A DNA stretch of 26,237 nt, taken from NCBI GenBank assembly GCA_003486285.1, contig DNGH01000057.1, forward strand, positions 818 to 27,054. Reading direction: 5' to 3'. Under the pieces are notes generated by a model. The model was not told the DNA's origin and did not search any database. It saw only the letters and a list, made by a program, of their open reading frames with translations. Both the position numbers and the translations under genes were made by a program. Shown here in pieces: positions 6,196 to 14,397 of this stretch. This DNA comes from Actinomycetota bacterium. Its GTDB lineage: Bacteria > Actinomycetota > Acidimicrobiia > Spongiisociales > UBA11373. Position 1 is the first letter of the stretch, and each line of letters opens with the position of its first letter.

Positions 6196-9003
6196 GTGAG
6201 CACTCGGCCCCACCTCCCCGACGCCCTGGCCGGCAGCGCCTGGCAGAACCGGCCACCGGGGATCGAGGCCGCACTCGCCGACCTGGCGGCGGGCCCCGAT
6301 CCCGAAGGCACGGCGGCGCGGTTGGCCCGGGTGCTCGAATCGGCTCCGACTCTTGCCGCCACAGCCCGGGGCGATGCCGATCTGGCCGGCCGACTGGTGG
6401 CAATCTGCGGCGCCGGTCGCGCCCTCGCCGGGATCGCGGCGAACCTCGGCGACGCCGCGCTCGATGCCCTCCGCACCCCGGTCCCCCCCGGTGGGGAGAT
6501 CGCCGTCGACGCCACCGACCCGGTGCCGGCGCTGCGCCGCCAGGTCGGGGCGCGCCTGCTGGCGATCGCCGGCCTCGACCTCACCGGACGCATCACGATG
6601 CCCGCGGTGGGCGCTGCCCTCTCCGACCTCGCCGATGCCGCCGCCCGGGCGGCACTCGATCACGCCCTCGCCGGCACCGAGGTGACCATGGCCGTGATCG
6701 CCCTCGGCAAGTGGGGCGGGCGGGAACTCAACTACGCCTCCGACATCGACCTCGTCTTCGTGCACGAAGGCGACGCCGACGCCGCCACCGATGTGGCTGC
6801 CCGCTTCATCGCGCTGCTGGCGGAGCGCACCGACGGCGGGGTGGCCTTCCGCGTGGATGCCGACCTTCGCCCCGAGGGCGCCGCCGGTCCCCTGTCACGC
6901 ACCATCGAGTCCTACACCGCCTACTGGCAGCAATGGGCACATACCTGGGAGTTCCAGGCGATGCTCAAGGCGCGGCACGCCGCCGGGGACGAGGAACTCG
7001 CCACCGCCTTCCTCGAAGCGGTGCGCCCCTTCGTGCATCCGGAGTCTCTCGGCGGCGACGCGGTACGCGAGATCCGCGCCATGAAGGCCCGCACCGAGCG
7101 CCTCGTCTCCGGTCCCGACGAGTTGAAGCGTGGCGTCGGCGGCATCCGCGACGTCGAGTTCGCCGTCCAACTGCTGCAATTGGTGCACGGCCGGGCCGAC
7201 GCCGATCTGCGGTCCGCCAACACCCTCGAGGCGCTGGAGCGGCTCGGCGCCGGTGGGTATGTCCGGCCCGATGATGCCGCCGCCCTGACTGCGGCCTACC
7301 AGTGGCTGCGTGACGTCGAGCACCGCATCCAGCTCCAGGACCTGCGCCAGACCCACAGCATCCCCTCCGATGCGGCGGCACGCACCCGCCTCGCCAAGGT
7401 GATGGGATACCGGGATCGGCCTACCCAGACCGCACTCGCCCAATTCGAGGCCGATCTCGTGCGGTACCGCACCGCGGTGCGCGACATCCATGAGCGTCTC
7501 TTTTATCGGCCGCTCCTCGAGGCCTTCGCTGCGGCCGCACCGGCGGAGAAGATCGATCGCCAGCTCGTCGCCCTCGGCTTTACCGACTCGACGGCCGCTC
7601 GGACCGCGGTGGCCGACCTCACCACCGGCCTGTCGCGGCGCAGCCGGCTCATGCAGCAGCTGCTGCCCTTGATGATGGAGTGGCTCTCCATCGCCCCGGA
7701 CCCCGACCTGGGACTCGCCCAACTCAGGCTCCTCGTCGCCGGCGAGGCCGACAACGCAGCCCTGATCGGAGCCCTGCGCGACAACCCCGGCGCCGCCGAA
7801 CGGCTGTGCCGGCTACTCGGAACCTCGCGCACCGCCGGGCGCCTGCTCGATCGGCTGCCGGCCATGCTGCCGATGCTCGGCGACGACGCCGCGCTCGTGG
7901 CGGCACCACCACGGGCCGCCCTGGTGGCGGCAGCGATCGGCCGCAGCGAAGCGCGCGACGATCACCGTGCCCGCACCCTGGCCCTGCACCGCTTCTGGTC
8001 CGAGCACCTGGTGGCGACGATCGCCGCCGACGTCGCGGGTCTCATCGACGTGGTCGCAGTCGGGCGCCGCCTCACCGACACCGCCGACGCCCTGGTCGCC
8101 GGTCTGCTCGCCTCTGCCGCCGCCGAGGTGGCGGCGGAGGGCCGTACCCCGCCGCCGGTGGCGGTGATCGCGCTGGGCAAGTGGGGCGGTGGCGAACTCA
8201 CCTACGCCTCCGACCTCGACGGGTTGATCGTCTTTGCACCGACCGGCGACCCCGGCGACGCGGCCACCGCGGCCCGCGTCGCCGAATTGCTCGTGGAATC
8301 CCTGGCATCGTCCCCGCTCGGACTGCCACCGCCACCGCTCGACCTCGACCTTCGCCCTGAGGGCAAGAAGGGAGTGATCGCCCGCTCGCTCGCCTCGTAC
8401 CGCGAGTACTGGGAGCGCTGGGCCCTCACCTGGGAGCACCAGGCCCTGCTGCGATCGCGGCCCGCGGCGGGGGACCCGGCTCTCGGCGCCGAGTTCCTGG
8501 GGGCGGCTCACGCCCTGGCGCATCCGCAACGACTCGACGACGAGCAGGTGCGGGCGATCCGAGCCATGAAGGCCCGCGTCGAGCAGGAGCGGATTCCGCT
8601 CGGGGAAGATCCCGATTTCCACGTGAAGCTGGGGAGGGGCGCGCTCGCCGATGTGGAGTGGGCGGTGCAGTTGCTGCAGATGGAGCACGGGCATGCCATT
8701 CCCGCCCTGCGCACCGCCTCGACGCTGCAAGCCCTGGCGGCGCTCCACGACGCCGGAGTCGTCGATGCCGAGGACGCTGCGGCGCTCGACGCCGCATACC
8801 GCTTCTGCGCCGCGGTGCGCAACCGCCTCTACCTCCGCGCCGGACGGACCCGCGACTCGTTGCCGACCGATCCGATCGAGGCCGCCGTCGTGGCGCGATC
8901 ACTCGGATACGACCTGGCGCCCCGCACCGCATTGCGCCAGGAATATCGACGGCTCACCAGACGCGCCCGGCGGGTCGTCGAGCGACGGTTCTACGGAAGC
9001 TGA
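6196..9003 (+). CDS. glnE: Bifunctional glutamine synthetase adenylyltransferase/adenylyl-removing enzyme
   Basis: Two copies of the nucleotidyltransferase core (ALGKWGG.EL.YASD.D; DLRPEG; W...WE.QA; K.G.G...DVE). GTG 6196 has TACCCT 7 nt upstream, giving 935 aa. Confidence 0.95.
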   Translation: MSTRPHLPDALAGSAWQNRPPGIEAALADLAAGPDPEGTAARLARVLESAPTLAATARGDADLAGRLVAICGAGRALAGIAANLGDAALDALRTPVPPGGEIAVDATDPVPALRRQVGARLLAIAGLDLTGRITMPAVGAALSDLADAAARAALDHALAGTEVTMAVIALGKWGGRELNYASDIDLVFVHEGDADAATDVAARFIALLAERTDGGVAFRVDADLRPEGAAGPLSRTIESYTAYWQQWAHTWEFQAMLKARHAAGDEELATAFLEAVRPFVHPESLGGDAVREIRAMKARTERLVSGPDELKRGVGGIRDVEFAVQLLQLVHGRADADLRSANTLEALERLGAGGYVRPDDAAALTAAYQWLRDVEHRIQLQDLRQTHSIPSDAAARTRLAKVMGYRDRPTQTALAQFEADLVRYRTAVRDIHERLFYRPLLEAFAAAAPAEKIDRQLVALGFTDSTAARTAVADLTTGLSRRSRLMQQLLPLMMEWLSIAPDPDLGLAQLRLLVAGEADNAALIGALRDNPGAAERLCRLLGTSRTAGRLLDRLPAMLPMLGDDAALVAAPPRAALVAAAIGRSEARDDHRARTLALHRFWSEHLVATIAADVAGLIDVVAVGRRLTDTADALVAGLLASAAAEVAAEGRTPPPVAVIALGKWGGGELTYASDLDGLIVFAPTGDPGDAATAARVAELLVESLASSPLGLPPPPLDLDLRPEGKKGVIARSLASYREYWERWALTWEHQALLRSRPAAGDPALGAEFLGAAHALAHPQRLDDEQVRAIRAMKARVEQERIPLGEDPDFHVKLGRGALADVEWAVQLLQMEHGHAIPALRTASTLQALAALHDAGVVDAEDAAALDAAYRFCAAVRNRLYLRAGRTRDSLPTDPIEAAVVARSLGYDLAPRTALRQEYRRLTRRARRVVERRFYGS

Positions 9004-9013
9004 CTGCGGGGCA

Positions 9014-9075
9014 CCAGGTACCGGGTGCCGGGTGCCGGGTGACGACGATCTGCTGGTCGCTGGCAGCTGGCAGCT
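9014..9075. repeat. Two period-7 arrays, (CCRGGTR)4 and (GCTGGYM)3, forming an imperfect inverted repeat between convergent glnE and aroF
   Basis: ccaggta ccgggtg ccgggtg ccgggtg (9014-9041); gctggtc gctggca gctggca gct (9052-9075). Confidence 0.85.
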
Positions 9076-10111
9076 ACACGCCGCGCCCCACTGCGGTGGC
9101 CACCGCTCGGACCTGATCCATGAGTTGGCCGAATTCGGCGGGGCGGAGAGCTTGTCCCCCGTCGACCTGGGCGGTCTCCGGTGTCGGGTGCACGTCGATC
9201 ATCACGCCGTCGGCCCCTGCGGCGACCGCGGCACGGGTGAGTGCGGGAACCAGGGCACTGCGCCCTCCGGAGTGCGAGGGATCGACGATGAGGGGAAGGT
9301 GGGACAGCGCCTCGACAACGGGTACCGCGGAGATGTCCAGGGTGTTGCGGGTCTGCTGCTCGAAGGTGCGGATCCCTCGCTCGCAGAGGATCACGTTGTG
9401 GTTGCCTTCCTTGTACACGTACTCGGCGGCGTTGAGCCATTCGTCGATCGTCGCGGTAAAGCCTCGCTTCAGCATCACCGGCTTGGGCTGGCGGCCGACC
9501 TCGGCCAGCAACGTGAAGTTGGCCATGTTGCGGGCCCCGATGCGAACGAGGTCGGCATAGCTGGACACCAGTTCCACGTCGCGCGGATCGAGTACCTCGG
9601 CGACGAAGGGCATCCCGAATTCGTCGCGGGCCTCGGCGAGCAACTGCAGGCCCTTCTCCCCCAGGCCCTGGAACGCGTAGGGCGAGGTGCGAGGCTTGAA
9701 GGCATCACCGCGCAGGACGCGGGCGCCGGCCTTCTGGACCGCAGCCGCCGTGGTGAAGAGCTGATCACGGTTCTCCACGGCGCAGGGTCCGGCGATCACC
9801 ACGATGGCGTTGCCACCGACGGGGACGCCACCGACGTCGACGACGGAGTCTTCGGGGTGGAAGTCGCGGCTGACGAACTTGTAGGGCTTGAGGACCGGGA
9901 CGGCGCGCTCGACGCCGGGGAAGGCCTCCCAGGGAAGCTGCTGGATCACGGCGCGATCCCCGACTGCGCCGATGATGGTGCGGATCTGCCCCTCCGAGAC
10001 GTGCGCCTCGGCACCGATGTCCCGGAGCCGCTCCACCACGTGATCGATGTCGTCCCGGGTGGCATCACGACGCATCACGATGATCGTCGAATCGTCCTGA
10101 CCGGTCACCAC
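9074..10111 (-). CDS. aroF: 3-deoxy-7-phosphoheptulonate (DAHP) synthase, type I-beta with N-terminal ACT/ferredoxin-like regulatory domain
   Basis: IIVM..DAT N-terminus, AGPCAVE, KPRTSPY, IGARNM.N, LKRG, LCERGIRTFE, VDPSH. RBS GGAGAGGAG precedes GTG GTG, so the start is 10111 or 10108. Confidence 0.93.
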   Translation of the reverse strand: MVTGQDDSTIIVMRRDATRDDIDHVVERLRDIGAEAHVSEGQIRTIIGAVGDRAVIQQLPWEAFPGVERAVPVLKPYKFVSRDFHPEDSVVDVGGVPVGGNAIVVIAGPCAVENRDQLFTTAAAVQKAGARVLRGDAFKPRTSPYAFQGLGEKGLQLLAEARDEFGMPFVAEVLDPRDVELVSSYADLVRIGARNMANFTLLAEVGRQPKPVMLKRGFTATIDEWLNAAEYVYKEGNHNVILCERGIRTFEQQTRNTLDISAVPVVEALSHLPLIVDPSHSGGRSALVPALTRAAVAAGADGVMIDVHPTPETAQVDGGQALRPAEFGQLMDQVRAVATAVGRGV

Positions 10112-10164
10112 GCTCCTCTCCGCCCGGCGACGATAGCGCCGGGGTATATGGGCACAACGGCCCC

Positions 10165-10205
10165 GCTAGCAATTGCTAGCACTCTGTGATATTCTGCTAG
10201 CACAG
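10165..10205. promoter_or_regulatory. Palindromic operator array (three GCTAGC) overlapping a putative extended -10 (TG-A-TATTCT) of the XRE gene
   Basis: Perfect 16-bp palindrome GCTAGCAATTGCTAGC (10165-10180); TGCTAGCA at 10174-10181 and 10195-10202; TATTCT at 10190-10195. Confidence 0.65.
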
Positions 10206-10547
10206 ATGAAGCATCGGGTGTCGGAAGTCGGAGAGTTCATCCGCCAGCAGCGGGAGCGCAGCGCCATCTCGGTGCGCAACCTCGCCGACCGGGCGGGAAT
10301 CTCCAATCCGTATCTCAGCCAGATCGAGCGCGGGCTGCGCAAGCCCTCGGCACGGATCCTCAAGTCCATCGCCGCAGGGCTCTCGATCTCGGCAGAGACG
10401 CTCTACGAGCGTGCCGGACTCCTCGACGGGACCGAGCGTCCCGAGGTGATGGAGGCGATCCGCAACGACACCGCGCTGACCGAGAAGCAGAAACAGGCGT
10501 TGACCGAGATCTACCGGAGCTTTGTCGAAGGCCCCGGAGAGGAGTGA
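10206..10547 (+). CDS. XRE-family HTH transcriptional regulator (Rv0474-like)
   Basis: GEFIRQQR...SVRNLADRAGISNPYLSQIERGLRKPS...AETLYERAG is a classic HTH_3 pattern; stop overlaps the next start (GTGA). Confidence 0.93.
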   Translation: MKHRVSEVGEFIRQQRERSAISVRNLADRAGISNPYLSQIERGLRKPSARILKSIAAGLSISAETLYERAGLLDGTERPEVMEAIRNDTALTEKQKQALTEIYRSFVEGPGEE

Positions 10548-10999
10548 CCGTGAAGACGATGACCGAGAACAATGAGACCACACCCAAGGCCGGAAGCGGC
10601 CTGGTGGAGGCCACCAAGAAGGCGGCCTACGCCGCGGTGGGAGCACCCGTGGTGGCCACCCGCCGCCTGGGCCAGCTCTCCGGCAAGTGGCGCAAGGACG
10701 CCCGCCGTGAGTTCGAGAGGTGGGTGTCCGAGGGTGAGCGGATGACGGCCGAGCTGCGCCAGGGCAAGGTCGTCGACGAGATCAAAGAGAAGGTCGACTT
10801 CGACCACCTCCAGGGACGGGTCGAGCGGCTGCGTGACCAGCTCGAGGACGTGCTCGCCAACTGGCGGGCCACCTTCAAGCCGGAGAAGGCCGACGCGGCA
10901 GTCACGGATTCGGCGACCGCCGTCAAGAAGACCGCGGCTCCCGCCAAGAAGGCCACCGCTACTGCGAAGACGGGGGCGGCCGATAAGGCCGACGCCTGA
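10544..10999 (+). CDS. HBHA-like / phasin-like helical protein with Lys/Ala-rich tail
   Basis: YAAVGA motif, central amphipathic helices, C-terminal KKTAAPAKKA; follows an Rv0474-like gene. Start is GTG 10544 or ATG 10559. Confidence 0.65.
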   Translation: MTVKTMTENNETTPKAGSGLVEATKKAAYAAVGAPVVATRRLGQLSGKWRKDARREFERWVSEGERMTAELRQGKVVDEIKEKVDFDHLQGRVERLRDQLEDVLANWRATFKPEKADAAVTDSATAVKKTAAPAKKATATAKTGAADKADA

Positions 11000-11017
11000 G
11001 CCTTCGCCGGTGTTGCG

Positions 11018-11058
11018 AAAGGAGGAGGGGCCCCGCACTGCGAGGCCCCTCCCCTTTT
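11018..11058. terminator. Probable bidirectional intrinsic terminator
   Basis: Stem GGAGGGGCC (11024-11032) / GGCCCCTCC (11044-11052), flanked by AAAG and CTTTT, between convergent genes. Confidence 0.8.
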
Positions 11059-11077
11059 GCCCTCGAGATGCGCACTA

Positions 11078-11479
11078 CTACTTGACGATCACCGCGAGCT
11101 TGGCGGCGGAGGCCACCCATCGCTCCACCATCGATGCAGTGGGCAACCGGCGCACCAGCTGCTTCTGGGTGTTGATCTCGACCACTTTGGCGTGCAGCAC
11201 CGTCGCCTTCCGAGTCTTCAATTCCTTGACAGTCTCCACCCCGGCCGCCTCGAGCAGATCCGAGTACTCCTCGCCGATGCCCTTGACCCGCATCAAGTCG
11301 GCGCGATTGACCCACTCCAGGATCTGAGTTTCGGTGAGACCGGTGGCGGTGGCGAGGCGCTTGCGATCGGTTCGAGTCGCTCCCTTCTTGAGGAGCGCCT
11401 CGGTGGTCCGGACCTTGGCCTTGCGAAGCTTGGTGGCGAAGGTCAGCCCGATCCCCTCGATGGCGTCGATGGAAGGCAT
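11078..11479 (-). CDS. DUF4332 family protein (helix-hairpin-helix repeats)
   Basis: IDAIEGIG, L.KG.T..DR..LA, WVNRADLMRVKGIGEEYSDLLEAAGVETVKEL, RRLP; ATG 11479 with RBS AAAGGA. Confidence 0.9.
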   Translation of the reverse strand: MPSIDAIEGIGLTFATKLRKAKVRTTEALLKKGATRTDRKRLATATGLTETQILEWVNRADLMRVKGIGEEYSDLLEAAGVETVKELKTRKATVLHAKVVEINTQKQLVRRLPTASMVERWVASAAKLAVIVK

Positions 11480-11535
11480 CACGTTCCTTTCTCGTGTCGC
11501 CGATGCTGCCGCCGCCTTGCGGCACGGCACGGAGC

Positions 11536-12165
11536 CTACCGCGATGCAGCCGTGGCGCCACCGTGGCGCCCGCCGCCCGCGGTGAGATCGGCGACGTCGG
11601 ATGGAGTGTCGATGTCGCGGGGAGGCAGATGGTCGACGCGGACCTCCTCGACCCAGTCGGCGTGGGCCCGCAGCAACTCCGCGGCGCCGTGGTCTCCCTC
11701 GAGGGTCATGAGCCGCTCCCAGAGTTGGCGGCGGAACAGGACCGGGTTGGAGCGCTCATAGCGATATACCGGCACGATCGCGAGTCGCGACGAGTTCTCG
11801 GCGGCGTCGAGGAGCTGTTGGGGCACGTCGAGGGGGATACCGGGCTGATCTCCGAGCACCACGAACGCCAGGTCGGCGTGCGGATCGCGTGCCAGCACAT
11901 CGAGGCCGACCCGAAGCGAGGACGAGATTCCCTCCTCCCAATCGTCGTTGATCGCCACCACCGCCGAACCGAAGTCGACCTGCTCCAGGATCTCCTCCGC
12001 ACCGGCGCCGAGTACCACGACAACCCGGTCGACGGGCCACTGCAGCACCGACTGGACGACGTGCTCGAGCAGGGGCCGGTCCCGATAGAGAACGAGCTGC
12101 TTGGGGTGCCCCAGTCGGCGGCTGGCACCACCGGCGAGGACCACCGCTGCCGTGGTGGACGCCAT
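11536..12165 (-). CDS. MocA/MobA-like nucleotidyltransferase (probable molybdenum cofactor cytidylyltransferase)
   Basis: VVLAGGASRRLG.PKQL, N..WEEGISSSL, LGDQP, NPVLF, GD.GA, DIDTPSD; TACTGT lies 6 nt upstream of the ATG. Confidence 0.9.
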   Translation of the reverse strand: MASTTAAVVLAGGASRRLGHPKQLVLYRDRPLLEHVVQSVLQWPVDRVVVVLGAGAEEILEQVDFGSAVVAINDDWEEGISSSLRVGLDVLARDPHADLAFVVLGDQPGIPLDVPQQLLDAAENSSRLAIVPVYRYERSNPVLFRRQLWERLMTLEGDHGAAELLRAHADWVEEVRVDHLPPRDIDTPSDVADLTAGGGRHGGATAASR

Positions 12166-12267
12166 ACCGGCACAGTAGCCCGGACCCCCGGCGGCCCATT
12201 TCCCCTCCGCGGCGCGGGGGTGCGTCCGGCGTGGCAATCTTGTACCGACATCTGCCAGGAGGATCCG

Positions 12268-13383
12268 TTGATCGTCGGCGTGCCCCGTGAGATCAAGACC
12301 GAGGAACATCGCGTCGCCATGACCCCCATCGGAGTCCGGGAGCTGGTGGCTCACGGTCACCGGGTGGTCGTCCAGGCCGGCGCCGGGAAGGGATCCTTCA
12401 TCGAGGATGCCGACTACGTCGCCGTCGGGGGCGAGATCCTTCCCGATGCCGCCGCGGTATTCGCGGCGGCCGAGATGATCGTCAAGGTCAAGGAGCCGCA
12501 GCCCGCCGAAATCGCGATGCTCGGCAAGCAGCACCTGCTCTTCACCTACCTGCACCTCGCCGCCTACCCGGCAGAGGCCAAGGGCCTCTTGGAATCCGGC
12601 GCCACCGCCATCGCCTACGAGACGGTGCAGCTGCCCAACGGCACTCTCCCCCTCCTGGCTCCGATGAGCGAGATCGCCGGGCGCATGGCCGCCCAGGCGG
12701 GGGCGCATTACCTGGAGCGGCCGCATGGCGGACGCGGCGTGCTGCTCGGTGGAGTCACTGGAGTCGCCCCGGGACGGGTCACCGTGCTCGGGGCGGGGAT
12801 GGCCGGACGCAACGCCGCGCTGATCGCCGCCGGCATGGGTGCGGAGGTGTTCGTGCTCGATCTGAACATCGCCACCTTGCGCCACCTCGACGAGTTGCGC
12901 TGGCCGGGCGTGACCACCGTGACGTCGTCCCGCCTCGCCATCGAGAGGTACGTCCTCGCGTCCGATCTCGTGGTGGGAGCGGTGCTCGTCCCCGGAGCCC
13001 GGGCCCCGATCGTCGTCACCGAGGACCTGGTGAAGGCGATGCGGCCGGGGAGCGTCATCGTCGACATCTCGATCGACCAGGGCGGATGCATCGCCACCGC
13101 ACACGAGACGACCCACACCAAGCCGACATATGTCGAGCATGGAGTGGTCCACTACGCGGTGGGCAACATCCCCGGCGCGGTGCCCCACACCGCCACCTAC
13201 GCGCTCACCAACGCCACGCTCCCCTACGTCGTGGCGCTGGCCGAGGGAACCCGCGCCGCAGTGGAGAAGCACCCGGAACTGCTGGGCGGCCTCAACGTCG
13301 CCGGCGGCAAGGTGACCAACGCCGCGGTGGCGGACTTCCTCGGGGTGAAGCTGACCGACCCGATTACGGCGGCCGGCGGCTGA
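12268..13383 (+). CDS. ald: Alanine dehydrogenase
   Basis: VGVPREIKTEEHRVAMTP, VKVKEP, FTYLHLA, PMSEIAGR, G.G.AG, DISIDQGGC, V.NIPGAVP.TAT; TTG start with CAGGAGG RBS; 371 aa. Confidence 0.97.
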   Translation: MIVGVPREIKTEEHRVAMTPIGVRELVAHGHRVVVQAGAGKGSFIEDADYVAVGGEILPDAAAVFAAAEMIVKVKEPQPAEIAMLGKQHLLFTYLHLAAYPAEAKGLLESGATAIAYETVQLPNGTLPLLAPMSEIAGRMAAQAGAHYLERPHGGRGVLLGGVTGVAPGRVTVLGAGMAGRNAALIAAGMGAEVFVLDLNIATLRHLDELRWPGVTTVTSSRLAIERYVLASDLVVGAVLVPGARAPIVVTEDLVKAMRPGSVIVDISIDQGGCIATAHETTHTKPTYVEHGVVHYAVGNIPGAVPHTATYALTNATLPYVVALAEGTRAAVEKHPELLGGLNVAGGKVTNAAVADFLGVKLTDPITAAGG

Positions 13384-13398
13384 TCACAAGCTAAGCGG

Positions 13399-13842
13399 TC
13401 AGCCAGATGGCGTCAGGACCGCCACCAGGCGGTCCTGGAGGTAACCGAGGTAGGTGAGGAGAGCGATCTCCGGGTTGCGCTCGGGATCGGCATCGTCCTC
13501 CCAGCCATCGGCGACGATGCCGAGGCGTCCCGCCAGCACCAGCCGGGCCTCGCCGATCACCCGCATCCACGCCTCGGCTTCCTCGGGGTCGAGGGTGTCG
13601 GCCGCGGCGGCCCGCCGCAGAACCGACCGATCCTCCCGGCGCAGGTCGTCGAGGGAATCGCCGACGAGCTCGCGATAGCGCGCCTCGGCGGCAGGATCGT
13701 CGGCATGGACCCGGTAGTCGAGACGGCTGTCGGCGTCGCCGGACTGCTCGAGAAGCTCCGGGAGCGAGGCGAGAAGTTCCCGGGTGCCGGCATCGAGGTG
13801 AACCCGGACCCGATCCCCCCGGCGACTGAAGGGTTGGGTCAT
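13399..13842 (-). CDS. DUF2017 family protein
   Basis: D....A..YR.L....L, EAEAWMRVIGEARLVLAGRLGI, YLGYLQD.LV; ATGA-coupled downstream of clpS, the usual actinobacterial arrangement. Confidence 0.85.
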   Translation of the reverse strand: MTQPFSRRGDRVRVHLDAGTRELLASLPELLEQSGDADSRLDYRVHADDPAAEARYRELVGDSLDDLRREDRSVLRRAAAADTLDPEEAEAWMRVIGEARLVLAGRLGIVADGWEDDADPERNPEIALLTYLGYLQDRLVAVLTPSG

Positions 13843-14126
13843 CCCCGCTCCAGCGTGGCCCAGAGGCCATGGTGGTGGAGGCGGTGGCAATCGGACTCGG
13901 CCTTCTCCAACGGACCGCTCGCCACGATGGCGCGGCCCTCGTGGTGCACCTGGAGCATGAGCCGGGTCGCCTCCTCCACCGTGTGCCCGAAGAGCTTGCG
14001 GAACACCCACACCACGTACGACATCAGGTTGACCGGGTCGTTCCACACCACCACCTGCCAGGGGCGCTCGACCTCAGGGGTCTCATCGGTGGCGGGCTCG
14101 CGGACGCGGCTGGGGGCGACCGTCAT
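13839..14126 (-). CDS. clpS: ATP-dependent Clp protease adaptor ClpS
   Basis: PWQVVVWNDPVNLMSYVVWVFRKLFG...A..LMLQVHHEGRAIV..G...GLWAT. Confidence 0.97.
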   Translation of the reverse strand: MTVAPSRVREPATDETPEVERPWQVVVWNDPVNLMSYVVWVFRKLFGHTVEEATRLMLQVHHEGRAIVASGPLEKAESDCHRLHHHGLWATLERG

Positions 14127-14353
14127 CTGCGGTCGACGGGCTCCCGGCCCGACAGCCGGGCGGCGAGACGCTGCGCGTTCAGCCAGTCCTCGAAGTCGGC
14201 GCGGGACACCCGCCACTCCCGGCCCATCTTCACCGCAGGGAGCTCCCCGGTGCGCAACACCCGCGTGACCACGAAGGTGGAGACTCCCATGTACTCGCAG
14301 ATGTCGGCGACCGACAGCCACTCCTTGGCGAGTTCCACCCTGATGCGCTCCAC
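14123..14353 (-). CDS. Small excisionase/MerR-like winged-HTH protein (HTH_17, BldC-like)
   Basis: WLSVADICEYMGVS..VV......GELPAVKMGREWRVSRADFEDWL; TACCCT lies 6 nt upstream of GTG 14353; stop overlaps the clpS ATG. Confidence 0.88.
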   Translation of the reverse strand: MERIRVELAKEWLSVADICEYMGVSTFVVTRVLRTGELPAVKMGREWRVSRADFEDWLNAQRLAARLSGREPVDRR

Positions 14354-14397
14354 GAGGGCAGGGTACCGGTGGGTTGCACTCGGGGGAAGAGGCGTCG

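Noticed and set aside
6691-8220. High nucleotide similarity between 6691-6750 and 8161-8220
   Set aside because: This is the known two-domain structure of GlnE, not a recent duplication or mobile repeat.
12232-12257. TGGCA...TGCCA inverted repeat or sigma-54-like site upstream of ald
   Set aside because: The spacing does not fit -24/-12, and 5-bp arms are expected by chance at this GC content.
11494-13272. Long extensions of ald (+, from 11494) and the MocA-like gene (-, from 13272), implying a large overlap
   Set aside because: Each extension is the antisense shadow of the other gene; the real starts have an RBS (12268) or a -10 (12165).
14123-14353. Excisionase as evidence of a prophage or integrative element
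   Set aside because: No integrase, att-like repeats or phage genes; the gene is coupled to housekeeping clpS.
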